A DNA stretch of 62,758 bases, counting the filler, from Octopus bimaculoides (taxonomy: Eukaryota), in the NCBI RefSeq assembly GCF_001194135.2. It is 7 parts of 5 records of this genome, joined end to end, with 100 filler letters (N's around TTAATTAATTAA, not from the genome) between each part and the next. Parts side by side here need not be neighbours in the genome. Positions count along the whole stretch, not along the records: positions 1 to 14,655 come from NC_068988.1; positions 14,756 to 29,632 come from NC_069002.1; 5 more parts are not named here. One strand, 5' to 3'. The notes beneath the pieces are model-generated. The model had not been told where the DNA came from. It searched no databases and saw only the letters and a program-made list of their open reading frames with translations. Below, in pieces: positions 11,084 through 22,900 of this stretch. The first letter of the stretch is position 1. Each line of letters opens with the position of its first letter. The translations under genes and the position numbers were made by a program.

Positions 11084-14000
11084 TTAGTGTCTGTATGCAC
11101 ACACATATATATAAACATCAGGTCATTAAGAACGAAATGTCCGATTTTCTTTTGCATCAAGTTTGGCAGTTTTTAACTTTAGCGTGTTATCCTGACAATT
11201 ATTTGCTTTACAATATTGAAGAATGACATCATTACTTTTCGAAATGTAAATCATGGTGTCTGATTATATTGTGAGTTTTCTCTTGTAAATCAATTTTTGT
11301 GATTATTAAGCGGAATATAGCTCACTGCAACTCCAGTCTGTTAACACTAACAATCTCAAAATAGAGCAGTGTATTTTATATTTCACGCACACACACACAC
11401 ACNNNNNNNNNNNNNNNNNNNNNNNNNNNNNNNNNNNNNNNNNNNNNNNNNNNNNNNNNNNNNNNNNNNNNNNNNNNNNNNNNNNNNNNNNNNNNNNNNN
11501 NNNNNNNNNNNNNNNNNNNNNNNNNNNNNNNNNNNNNNNNNNNNNNNNNNNNNNNNNNNNNNNNNNNNNNNNNNNNNNNNNNNNNNNNNNNNNNNNNNNN
11601 NNNNNNNNNNNNNNNNNNNNNNNNNNNNNNNNNNNNNNNNNNNNNNNNNNNNNNNNNNNNNNNNNNNNNNNNNNNNNNNNNNNNNNNNNNNNNNNNNNNN
11701 NNNNNNNNNNNNNNNNNNNNNNNNNNNNNNNNNNNNNNNNNNNNNNNNNNNNNNNNNNNNNNNNNNNNNNNNNNNNNNNNNNNNNNNNNNNNNNNNNNNN
11801 NNNNNNNNNNNNNNNNNNNNNNNNNNNNNNNNNNNNNNNNNNNNNNNNNNNNNNNNNNNNNNNNNNNNNNNNNNNNNNNNNNNNNNNNNNNNNNNNNNNN
11901 NNNNNNNNNNNNNNNNNNNNNNNNNNNNNNNNNNNNNNNNNNNNNNNNNNNNNNNNNNNNNNNNNNNNNNNNNNNNNNNNNNNNNNNNNNNNNNNNNNNN
12001 NNNNNNNNNNNNNNNNNNNNNNNNNNNNNNNNNNNNNNNNNNNNNNNNNNNNNNNNNNNNNNNNNNNNNNNNNNNNNNNNNNNNNNNNNNNNNNNNNNNN
12101 NNNNNNNNNNNNNNNNNNNNNNNNNNNNNNNNNNNNNNNNNNNNNNNNNNNNNNNNNNNNNNNNNNNNNNNNNNNNNATATATGTATGTATGTATGTATG
12201 TATGTATATATATATATATATGTATGTATGTATGTATGTATATATATATATATATACAAAGCTTGAAGCACGTGTATCGCGATATCCTTTGTGTTCTGTT
12301 TTCAATTTATGTTTGATATATATATATATATGCGCTAAGCCTGTTCCTGTTACTCGTTGTTTGAAATAAAATCTCAATGTTACAGCCCAAATCGACCTAC
12401 ATTATTTTCAGATATGACTAACTAATAAGACTTTGAACACTCAACTTATGAACTTCTTAAATATTCTTAACTAAGTCAGAGAATGAGAATGCTGCATCGG
12501 ATTGTTTTTGGAAGGTTGTGTATGCCAGTTCTGAGTCAGTTTGTGGAGGATAAGATGATACACAAAACTAAAGATTAGCTATCGAATCTAGGTCAGAAGT
12601 TCAGCATAATGTACGAATTAGATAAGCCTGATAAAATTGTTTTCAACCGATTGTGGACGGTATTGTAACTTATTTAAAACTGCCAGTTACTGACTTATCT
12701 TTTCATGTGTGAGCGTGCGCGTGCGTGGGTGTTTCTGAGTGTGTGTGTGTGTTTGCGTGCGTGCGAGCGTGTGAGCGTGCGTGCGTGTGTATGTGTAGGT
12801 ATGTATGCATAATGATTAACTGAACATTTCAGCTACACCTTTGCAATGCATTTGTCACAGGACAAGATAGCATATCATGGGTTACAGTATTTCTTCCTTT
12901 TTATAGACAATAGAATGTGCGATGACGCAATTCATAGCCCAGTATGCCATGTTTTTATAAATTTTGTCTTTAAAGAAAATTGTGTTTTTTTTTTTCTGAG
13001 AAGTTACTGCAGCGAATGTCTTTTTTACGTTTTAATGTACTCAAATATTTAAATGTAGCTGCACGCAGCTTTAGCTTAATTGCCATTGCTAAATTTGTCG
13101 TTAACTAATTAATTTCAGCTTGACAAAGCTTTGGACATGCCAGCAAATTTATTATTTGCTGTTTACATATAAGAAAGGCAAATCTAATTGGTCTATGAAC
13201 GATGTATTTGGTATCTGTAGCTGATGAAGAGTAACAACGCAGAAATACGTGTCCTGTAGTCTCACAACGTTATTCTAGCCCAGCGCGTTGTGTTTTCACA
13301 CACATTGTTGATAACGAGAACTTCATTTCTGTGACAGCTGCTGTAGCGAAGGTATTTGTACGTTTAATTCTACATGAATGTGTTAAATATAAAAGTACAC
13401 ATCTTTATTATACCGTAAGATAAAAGACAAAACTGAACAATATTATAAATATCACATACATATATAATTTTATTGCGACAAACTAGGCGTCATGTACTAT
13501 CAAGATTAATCTTCACATATGACCGGTTGGTTGGCTAGATGACTAAATAGCGTTGAAAAATGCACTGAAATAAATATCCACCAGGAGATTTGTCCAGTTG
13601 AATAATGTAACTTTTGTTGTTTAACCCAAGTCAGCCCAGACTGAATAGACCTATTGATCAGTGGATTTTTATAAACTACCATGAACATCCCATCCTTCAA
13701 TCAATCATTTCATATCTAGGCCGTCATAATCCAGTGCGTCTCTCTCTTTNNNNNNNNNNATGTACTATCAAGATTAATCTTCACATATGACCGGTTGGTT
13801 GGCTAGATGACTAAATAGCGTTGAAAAATGCACTGAAATAAATATCCACCAGGAGATTTGTCCAGTTGAATAATGTAACTTTTGTTGTTTAACCCAAGTC
13901 AGCCCAGACTGAATAGACCTATTGATCAGTGGATTTTTATAAACTACCATGAACATCCCATCCTTCAATCAATCATTTCATATCTAGGCCGTCATAATCC

Positions 14001-14232
14001 AGTGCGTCTCTCTCTTTTTTTTTGAGAGAGAGAGAGTGTAGAGTTTAATTTGAAAGAAATTTGCTTGCATTTCTAGCAGATATTGTGGCCCTGTAAAGGC
14101 TCCTACGGTTTGATCGGTGAAGTATTTGCAATGAAGGTTAGCAGGCAGAGAGTGGGAAAACGGGCAGTGAGAGGGTAGAGTAAAGTAAATAATGATAAAA
14201 TCCTGTTAGTAAATATTGTGCGGATTACTCAC

Positions 14233-14297
14233 CGGCTATGGAGGTAAATAGACTTTCGTAGAGATTGTAGCTGTTCAGAAAGTATTCTTGAATATCT
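14233..14297 (-). CDS. ovoA: OvoA exon (1st visible): DIQEYFLNSYNLYESLFTSIA
   Basis: gatttgttccag| acceptor and |gtgagt donor, phase 2 to 1, joining the 7995 exon in frame. I..YF..(S/T)Y.LYESLF is the OvoA N-terminal helix. An in-frame ATG at 14311 is an alternative start. Confidence 0.88.
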
Positions 14298-14655
14298 CTG
14301 GAACAAATCATGGAAGGGATACTATACTTCAGTAAATGTACATACACACACGCACACACGCACACACGCACACACGCGCACACACACACACACACACACA
14401 CGCACATACAAACACACACACGATTGCTTGTTGTGGCCGGTCAGAGAGTGAGCATTGGTTTTGCACCAAAAAAATGTGCTAAGCTGTAAAGGCGATTCGT
14501 CAGACTCAGACTCAAATGACCAGAGGTACATAACCTTTGTGTGTGTGTGTGTGTGTGTGTGTGACTGAGTGTATGTGTGTGTGTGTGTGTGAGTGTGTTT
14601 ATGCACAATTATATACATATAATAAAAAATACATACATATGCACACACACACAAA

Positions 14656-14755
14656 NNNNNNNNNNNNNNNNNNNNNNNNNNNNNNNNNNNNNNNNNNNNT
14701 TAATTAATTAANNNNNNNNNNNNNNNNNNNNNNNNNNNNNNNNNNNNNNNNNNNN
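14656..14755. other. Artificial 100-bp scaffold-join linker (44 N + TTAATTAATTAA + 44 N); also at 29633, 37540, 42938, 55356 and 60373
   Basis: Six identical copies with identical N counts. Confidence 0.95.
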
Positions 14756-14929
14756 GTTTGTGATTGCTGGATGCGCTGTGTTTTTATAGCACCGGCGGTG
14801 TTAGTACAGGGAAGCAACCCTAAATTTAGGTGAAAAGGGGGCTAACTTTTGTCTTATTCATATCTACTTAGAAGTAAAGCTATTTTATACATATTTAGTT
14901 TTGCTTAGGAAGTGTAATGTATTATACAT

Positions 14930-15466
14930 TTAATTATACTTAGAGAATGAGTATTTAGTAGCGTGAAGACAGATTAGACTAGATTCATATCTCCTGTTTA
15001 ATAATTCGTTCTTAGATGTTAGGATTTCGAGGCATTCTGTTACACAGAGATTGCACCGTCTGTTAGTTGGGTTATAGGAATTAGCTACTTTTAGTATGTG
15101 CCACTTTAGTTTATATTCTATCTTATTGTCGTTTAGTTCCCAGATATACCTACTAAGCCCTGTAGAATTTGCCTTATTTCTGTTTTTAAAACTAGCTAGG
15201 TGCTCATTATATCTTAAACGTATTTGGTAACTCGTTCCCCCAATATAAGATTTAGTGTGGCTATTTGTTTGTATATCACATTGGTAAACTATATTATCTG
15301 TCTTACACCTATTGGAGAAATTGCATTTGTTCCTATCTCTACAGCCACATATGTTATGAGGGGTGTCTATGTATGTGTGTTGTTGTGTGGCGCTATTGTT
15401 TTTTCGGTGTGCATCCCTCCGTTTGTTTATGTAGTCGGCACTTAATGTATATCGGCTGAATGGACG
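14930..15466 (-). mobile_element. Penelope-like element 3' end: stop-free 178-codon GIY-YIG endonuclease frame with no ATG
   Basis: CGCRDRNKCNFSNRC..NIVYQC...SYIGGTSYQIRLRYNEH..SF...GLSRYIW...KW.I....Y.....RCNLC..E. Read manually with no in-frame stop until TAA at 14930-14932. Confidence 0.9.
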
Positions 15467-15477
15467 TCAGTGATTGG
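15463..15477. promoter_or_regulatory. Adjacent CRE-like (GACGTCA) and CCAAT motifs
   Basis: ggacgtcagtgattgg. Motif match only, no functional evidence. Confidence 0.25.
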
Positions 15478-16390
15478 TTGAAATTACAGAAATACGACAA
15501 CTTTAACATGGAATAACTTAGGGATTTCTTTTTTTTTAAAGAAGACTAAGAGAAAAAGATGTTTTATATGACACATTCTACCAGTGTTCCAAGTTTCAAA
15601 GTGTTTCGTTAATGAAAAATGTGGCCCCCGTTTTAAAAAAGATCCGATTTTTGTGTATATATATATATATATGTGTATTTTTATTTTTATTGTTATTATT
15701 ATNNNNNNNNNNNNNNNNNNNNNNNNNNNNNNNNNNNNNNNNNNNNNNNNNNNNNNNNNNNNNNNNNNNNNNNNNNNNNNNNNNNNNNNNNNNNNNNNNN
15801 NNNNNNNNNNNNNNNNNNNNNNNNNNNNNNNNNNNNNNNNNNNNNNNNNNNNNNNNNNNNNNNNNNNNNNNNNNNNNNNNNNNNNNNNNNNNNNNNNNNN
15901 NNNNNNNNNNNNNNNNNNNNNNNNNNNNNNNNNNNNNNNNNNNNNNNNNNNNNNNNNNNNNNNNNNNNNNNNNNNNNNNNNNNNNNNNNNNNNNNNNNNN
16001 NNNNNNNNNNNNNNNNNNNNNNNNNNNNNNNNNNNNNNNNNNNNNNNNNNNNNNNNNNNNNNNNNNNNNNNNNNNNNNNNNNNNNNNNNNNNNNNNNNNN
16101 NNNNNNNNNNNNNNNNNNNNNNNNNNNNNNNNNNNNNNNNNNNNNNNNNNNNNNNNNNNNNNNNNNNNNNNNNNNNNNNNNNNNNNNNNNNNNNNNNNNN
16201 NNNNNNNNNNNNNNNNNNNNNNNNNNNNNNNNNNNNNNNNNNNNNNNNNNNNNNNNNNNNNNNNNNNNNNNNNNNNNNNNNNNNNNNNNNNNNNNNNNNN
16301 NNNNNNNNNNNNNNNNNNNNNNNNNNNNNNNNNNNNNNNNNNNNNNNNNNTATATATGTATATGTGTGTGTGTGTGTGTGTATATGTGTA

Positions 16391-16430
<40 letters not shown>

Positions 16431-17212
16431 GGTGTGGTTGAGCGTTTATGTATGCATGTATGTATATGTATGTGCTTATGTATATGTATGTATGTGCGTA
16501 TATATGTGTATGTATGCATATATATGTGTGTATGTGTGTATATGTACATATGTATATAGATATGCATATATATGTATTTATTGGAGCATATGTGGGTTTG
16601 TTTGTGTATATATATGCACATACACATAAGTATAAATGATTATATACATTCATCTCAATGTTTTCATAGAAACACAAGATTAACTCCATTTATAATGCCT
16701 TTTTATTACATAACATTCCTCTCCAAAATTTCTTTATTGGATTTATATCATCATATCTACTCCCAACTCTACACTCAGAATTTTCCTTCTCTTTTTCTTT
16801 TTTCCTTTTCTTCTTTTTTTTTTTCTTCTTCCTTTCTTGTCCAACGTACTATCTGGTAGCGTCCTAATCTCCAACGGTTTCTTCAAATGAATTACGTTAT
16901 AACCTTATCCAACTATAATTCTCATACTCGGTTATAATGTCTTAAGTTCAAGCTGGTTCCCATACATTTCCCTGAGGAGAAGTTTACATTTTTAACATCG
17001 CAGATTCCTATGGATCGCATAAATTGTAATTCTTCGAAACATATGTCAGAATAAAAGTATGCAGTTATAACATGCGTTTACTCCATTCTTTAAATTCATA
17101 TATACTCAAATACCCAAAATATCAAGGAGTTTCTGCCTCACAAACAGGAGTTACACCACAGTTATTTTGTGACCTTTGCTACCCTGGTATCTATTNNNNN
17201 NNNNNNNNNNNN

Positions 17213-17255
<43 letters not shown>

Positions 17256-17559
17256 CATAAAAGTATGAAAATGCACGTCCATGCACTTTCACTTGATATC
17301 ACCATCATCATCATCATCATCTTTTAATATCTGTTTTTCTGTTGTCATGAATTGGATGGTTTGACAAGATCTGATTAATCGAAGGACTGTGCTGAGTATC
17401 TATGTTTGCTTCGGCACTACTTGTACTGCTGGATGTCCTTCTTAGTTGCACTTAGCTTAGCCTGTGCTCTTTTCCCATGGCTCCAGCACTCCGTAGGCAT
17501 AACACAAACACGAACTTCTAACTTGTTGTCTCTTGTGGTCTCTGGGTGAGACTTGGAGC

Positions 17560-17770
17560 CAACTTGTACAAATACAAAGCAAAAGTCAAACAAATTGTTG
17601 TGACCCAACAAATAATAATAATAATAACAAAGAGGAATATAAAGGAAATTGGAAAAGAGTGCCCAGTAGAACTATTACAAAAGGTTTACCTCCTTGACAC
17701 AACCAGAATAATCAGGAAAGTATTAGATAAATGAAAAGAACAGATAGCATGGTACTGTAGGCTGTAGGCA
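17560..17770 (+). mobile_element. R4/Dong-like LINE 3' terminus
   Basis: ECPVELLQKVYLLDTTRIIRKVLDK* matches the LQK..LLGTARI.RKVL terminal motif. Confidence 0.7.
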
Positions 17771-17845
17771 GTAAGCCCGCTATGTATGCAAGATTCCAAG
17801 AGTTCCAACAAAACCTGTGATAAAAAGAAATAATATTAATAACAG

Positions 17846-18067
17846 TTTCAAATTTTGCCACAAGGGCAGCAATTTTGGGGGAAGGGATAAATCGATTACA
17901 TTGACCCCAGTGTTCAACTGGGGCTTATTTTATCGATCCTGAAAAGATGAAAGACAAAGTCAACCTTGGCAGAATTTGAACTCAGAACGTAAAGACAGAC
18001 GAAATGCCACTAATTGTAAGCAAAGTATGCCCACCTTGGATAACGATTCTGTCAGTTTGCTGCCTTA
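17846..18067 (-). mobile_element. SINE family A copy
   Basis: Similarity to 1774-1988. Confidence 0.8.
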
Positions 18068-18199
18068 ATAATAATGATGATGATGGTGATCGTGATGATG
18101 ATGATGATGATAGTATTTTATAGAGAAGGAAAAGAACTTATTTCAACATTTAAATGAGACATTTAAGCCATTGTTTTGGTTTGGCTCAAGTTTAGTCTT

Positions 18200-18530
18200 A
18201 TTCCTGGTAGGATTTATGGTGGTAACAGATTACTACCAAAAACCTTAAGTTTTCAGCGGTCTTTCAAGTGCTTAGAACCCTCCTGATAATCCTTGCTGTC
18301 CCTAAGAGACAAACTTTCTGTAGGTGCTCTACCGGCCATTCTATTCCAATCTCCTTCAGCCATTTGTCTAGATCTTAGCTTACTGTTCCCAACGCATCAA
18401 TTATTATAGGCACAATCTTTACTGTTTGCAGGCTCCAAATTCTTCCTATTTCAAATTTTAAAGGAATCTACTTTTTTCCTTCCTTTTTCTTTATGATCCT
18501 GGAGTCAAATGGGCATGATGAGCCAATAAG
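18200..18530 (-). mobile_element. R4/Dong-like LINE 3' fragment
   Basis: EIGRIWSLQTVKIVPIIIDALGTV...VEHLQKVCLLGTARIIRRVL*. Confidence 0.8.
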
Positions 18531-18574
18531 TAGCTTCGCTTTTCCTTATCCATAATCATTATCATTATTACTAC

Positions 18575-18622
<48 letters not shown>

Positions 18623-18734
18623 CATTATTATTATTATGGTGATTTCTTTTATAATGAAAATAATAATGATTTCTTTTAAATAGTAATTAATAAAAATAGT
18701 AATGATAGTAAAATTAATTTCTTCCTACTTTCAG

Positions 18735-18905
18735 GCTTTCAAGAAGGATAGAGAGAACGACACATTTGATGAAAGTTACCTGTTAGTTAGTATTCTGAGA
18801 GGCAACGATGGTTATCCTACTATCATAAACACACCTTCTGAGGTAAACATCACTGAAGTTTTGCCTATAAACTCTCCTGTGGTGCTTGTGCAGTCCCACG
18901 ACGAT
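18735..18905 (+). CDS. Cadherin-repeat protein exon: AFKKDRENDTFDESYLLVSILRGNDGYPTIINTPSEVNITEVLPINSPVVLVQSHDD
   Basis: ctactttcag| acceptor and |gtaagt donor, 171 nt, phase 0 to 0. Degenerate DxNDNxP linker (RGNDGYP), E in 'ITE', DxD at the 3' end. Confidence 0.85.
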
Positions 18906-19429
18906 GTAAGTTTTGTCTGATTTTTTACTTAGATTTTCATTGGTTCTTAATCTTCTCGAATTTCTTTCTTCAGTTCTGTGTCTAGTTGCAATTGTTGTTG
19001 TTTAGGCCTCAGGACAGACCTGGTTGAACAAGCAACTTATGATCAAATGCATTTCAGTCATGACCATCTTACATTTTTTTTTTTCATTGAGGACTACATT
19101 TTTTTCAATGTGTGCTTTCAGTTTTTGAAGGATGCGACTTGAGGTAGATGTGGCTTCTGTTTCTAGTAGGCTGGTAAATTTGCAATGGCTTCTTTATTGT
19201 TTTTTTCAGCCTTCAGTTAAATTTGGGGGAGAATTTCTCTCTTGGGTTGCCCTGTGCATCACTTTAATTGGGGGTCACTTTTAGTGGTCACTTGGGGTTG
19301 ATCTAGAGATCACTTTCATTAGAGGCTGCTCAGGGTGACTCCTGAATCAGTTTTGCTGGAGATGACTCAGGACAGTCCATGGATTGTTTTTGTTTTTTGT
19401 ATGATTAATATGGGACAGACTGTTTGAGT

Positions 19430-19830
19430 TTTGTCATTATTGCTGTTGCCTCACAGAGGCAATGACAAGTGACTGAGACCTTTGGCGATACTCCATGCCT
19501 GAGAAGACCCATCAAGCCAAGTGAAATTGTGGCCGATGCACAACCGGCACTCATGCCAGTAGCATGTAAAATGCACCCTTCAAATGTTGGGCAATATGCC
19601 ATGCTTGAGAAGACCCGTCAAGCCAAGTCAAATTGTAGTCATGGCTATTGCCAGTGTCATGCTGGTGGCACATAAAAAAGCATTTACTACACTCCTGGAG
19701 TGGTTGGTGTTAGAAAGGGCATCCAGCCATAGAAATCAAATTGGAATCTGGTGCAGCTCCCCGGCTTACTAGTTTTCAGTCAAACCATCCAACCCATGCC
19801 AGCATGGGAAACAGACGTTAATTGATAATT
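19430..19830 (-). mobile_element. Interspersed repeat family (catgctggcatgggttggatgg...tttctacagctggatgccct) with an internal duplicated unit
   Basis: Related copies at about 17310-17430, 26240-26540, 35420-35590 and 48655-48950. Two of these abut RTE 3' ends. Confidence 0.65.
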
Positions 19831-20474
19831 GTTGATTTGTTGCGGTTGTTGTTGTACTTACAAGTTATGTGGATCAGGTCAGCAAAAGTTATTTTTTATA
19901 TTTTCTTGACAATATACACAGATTCTTTGACTGAGTGAATAATCTTTTGGCACCAAAAATCGACTGTAGACATTGTATTTAAATTAATTCAGTACAACAC
20001 ACATTCTGTATTGCCTTTGTTCCCCACATTACCAGAAAGATTTCTGTTTTTTTCAATGGTTTAGTCAAAAGGAAGAAGGGCAGCACCCTTAATCGATTTT
20101 CAATGCCTCCAACATAGGGACAGTGGGAAGAAGGTCTCCTCTAATCAAAGACCTGAACTGAATGCTTCTAACAGAATAAATGTAAAATAAATGGTTTCCT
20201 TGTCAGTTTGAACAATGAGTATTCCAGTTGTTCAACCTGCTGAATTAACATAAAAGTGGTTGAGTGTTCCAGGGACACTTGTTACCATTAACATAATTCT
20301 CAGACAGAATCAACATGACATAGTATGTGTCAAAACTGGCCCTTTGAATTAAAATTACTGTAATTGAAAACTCAATAAAGTCAATCAAATGTGACACATT
20401 TATTTACTATCTTTTACATTATTTCTTCAATATTTAATATCCACATCTCTCTCTCTCTCCCTCTCTCTTTCTAG

Positions 20475-20597
20475 GATGAATTAACATACCATTTCGATGG
20501 AAAGTATCCAATATTTCAAATTCACAAAGATTCAGGTCTAGTAACTCTGAGTCAACCTATTCAGCAGCATCTTGCAAGCTTCCCTCTGACTCTCAAG
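20475..20597 (+). CDS. Cadherin-repeat exon: DELTYHFDGKYPIFQIHKDSGLVTLSQPIQQHLASFPLTLK
   Basis: (ct)n ttctag| acceptor and |gtaaat donor, 123 nt, phase 0 to 0. LTY...F.I..DSG.V cadherin pattern. Not in the ORF track. Confidence 0.88.
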
Positions 20598-20635
20598 GTA
20601 AATATTCACCAAACTACAATTTTTCATTTTTTTTA

Positions 20636-21464
20636 ATTAGAGCTCTTTCTTTCCTTCCTTTTTTTTTTTTTGCTTAATAATTATTTCTAGGACCTCAATG
20701 TAGGTAGCAGAGTTAACTCTAAGACCTTGTGGAAAGAAGTAAGGAGGCATCACATGTCTTTCATTGCTGGCAACCCCTAAAACCATGACAGTTGCAGGAA
20801 ATTTTGTATACATAAATAACACTTGGAACTTCAGAAGGGTCTGCACATAACCATCTGTCATTTCTTCTGTTAACTTTTTGATCTTGGTCAAAGTTTTTCT
20901 CGTTTGAGAAAAATCAAATCAAATCTTCTTCTACTGAATTTTTCAGTTTTTATAAGAGCCTTTTAGATTTGATGTAGTCAATTTTGTTTTTGCTTTTTCT
21001 GACAAATTGACCTTTTCTCATCATACAAGACTTATATCTGATGTCTTCGAGGACAACATTTCTGACTGTTCTTTCTGACACATCGAGATCTTTTGCAATT
21101 GACCTCATGGACTTTCTGGGATTGTAATCAATGGTCTACTGAACTTGTTGGATAAATTCAGGTCTTCTGATGATTTCAGGGCATTTAGAATGCTTTTTAT
21201 ACTTTGATACTGGTGATACGTTTCCATCTTCAGTCTCTAGCTCCTTACAAACTTTGTAGACGAAAGATCTGGCAACTTTTAAAAATTGAAATATTTCTAA
21301 ATCGCTATGCTCAGCCTTTATAAACACAATAACAGCATGCCTCTTCATTTCTTGAGTAAGCTGAGGGTCTGCCATTGTTATTTTCTGAAATAAAGATTTT
21401 ACAGAGTTAGCGAAAAGTGCAGCAATGACACAAAAAAGGTATGTCCTCAAATGCTATACATACC

Positions 21465-21470
<6 letters not shown>
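20636..21470 (-). mobile_element. Tc1/mariner-superfamily (maT/DD37D-like) remnant in cadherin intron
   Basis: EMKRHAVIVFIKA..DLEI..FLKVARSFVYKV and TKFPATVMVLGVASNE.HVMPP.FFPQGLRVN..YIEVL. Terminus tacagggtatg flanked by (TA)n. Confidence 0.8.
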
Positions 21471-21511
<41 letters not shown>

Positions 21512-21639
21512 CACACACCTATATCTATCAATCTAGCTATCTATCTATATTTAACTAGTTTCAGCTCAAGAGCTTTGGTCATGCTGGGGCACCACTGTTA
21601 GCCTTACTACACTTACACTAAACCTCCGATATATAGCAT

Positions 21640-21960
21640 ATGGTGATTGAGTGGGGTTTGATGCTGTTGTCCTCATCTGCATTTCTTGATGCAAGGTTGG
21701 TTTATCCAGAACTCTTCACAGGAGATCCAGTTTTGTGTTGACAACACCTACATTCACCCCTTGTAGGTCTCTCAGGCTTTTTGGGGAGGATATTGAAGAG
21801 CTGTGGGCCCTTGAAATGCAAACTGTTGCAGTATCTGATTCTGTGTCCTGGTGACAATGTTGGGATTTTTGGTACTATGCAGTGGTACTCCATTCTGCTG
21901 TTTGTGTAATTTACAATGCCAAAGTCCAACTTCTCTGCATTAAGATCTGAAATGTAAGAT
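21640..21960 (-). mobile_element. CR1/L2-like LINE 3' fragment
   Basis: NSRMEYHCIVPKIP...RYCNSLHFKGPQLFNILPK. Confidence 0.7.
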
Positions 21961-22029
21961 CTTCTCTACTCTGATGAAGGAGGCTCGTCTCATCCTATGT
22001 TAAGTGCTGTTCTATGTTAAGTGATATGT

Positions 22030-22900
22030 CTCATCCCATATTAAGTGGTATAACCGCATTTGTGATGGACTACATCTACCAACATCATTATTAATCGCTG
22101 AGTCCACAGTGAATTAGCCTTCCTTGCAGCCAGGATGATACTGATGTCTGATTGGGAGATTGGAGCATATTTTCGAGCGAAGATTAAGGCTTTGTTTAAG
22201 AGAATTGGTGATATTGATGAATAATAATTTAAGATGTCATACTGAAGGAAATTGGTGTGTTGTTTATCATGAAGAGAGTGAAACCAAGTGATGACGTCTC
22301 CTGTGCAATTCCAGAGTGGAAACGTAATGTTAGGTCTAACAAGGGGTAGAATACAGTCAATAATGCATTTACTAAGCCGGATTTATTGTTGCAGATGGGT
22401 CTCATGGAAAGCTTAGAGTAGAAGTTGGGTTTGTGGTCCTTCAAAGTGAAGTGGGGGAGGGTTTAGGTGTAATGTGGTTGAATTCTCTTTAGTAAATTTA
22501 GATCAGTGATGAGCTTACATCTCTATATGCATGTTTATAATTTGTGTTTAGTTTCTTTGAATTGGGATTAGTATATATTTTCAAGGAAAGGGAGTAAAGA
22601 TTGCCAGTTTTGTCTGAAGAGACGTGCAGGTGTGGTGAAATCCTTATTTTAGATGTAATTTTGGATAGTTCTTTCTGGAAAGCGTAAGTATAATTAGAGA
22701 ATTTAATGTTTTTTAACATATGTAGTAGATCTTTCTCAAAATTAGCCAATACAGAGTTTGGAGGTGGGTTTTTGTGGGACTTTAGGTTGTGTCTTTTTCA
22801 TTAGAATGTTTGGGGTGATTAGATCTGAGGTCATAGTATTTAGCTCTCTTCTCTCTGCCTTCACTATTTCAACCTTTAACTCTATAGCCTTCATATAAAC
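22030..22900 (-). mobile_element. Penelope-like element, N-terminal and RT fragment
   Basis: FEKDLLHMLKNIKF...SDKTGNLY, KDHKPNF..R.I, VITWF...FLQYDILNYYSSIS..LLNKALIFA. Confidence 0.85.

Noticed and set aside
13261-13351. Possible plus-strand exon (…THIVDNENFISVTAAVAK|gtattt) as an upstream cadherin exon
   Set aside because: No cadherin motif, weak sites, and it is separated from the cadherin exons by a scaffold join.
14422-14531. MYLWSFESESDES…GHNKQS as ovoA exon 1
   Set aside because: The only donor is GTGTGT in a microsatellite and there is no recognisable OvoA similarity.
14700-14711. Recurrent TTAATTAATTAA as a biological motif or CRISPR-like repeat
   Set aside because: Always centred in exactly 44+44 N, so it is a synthetic linker.
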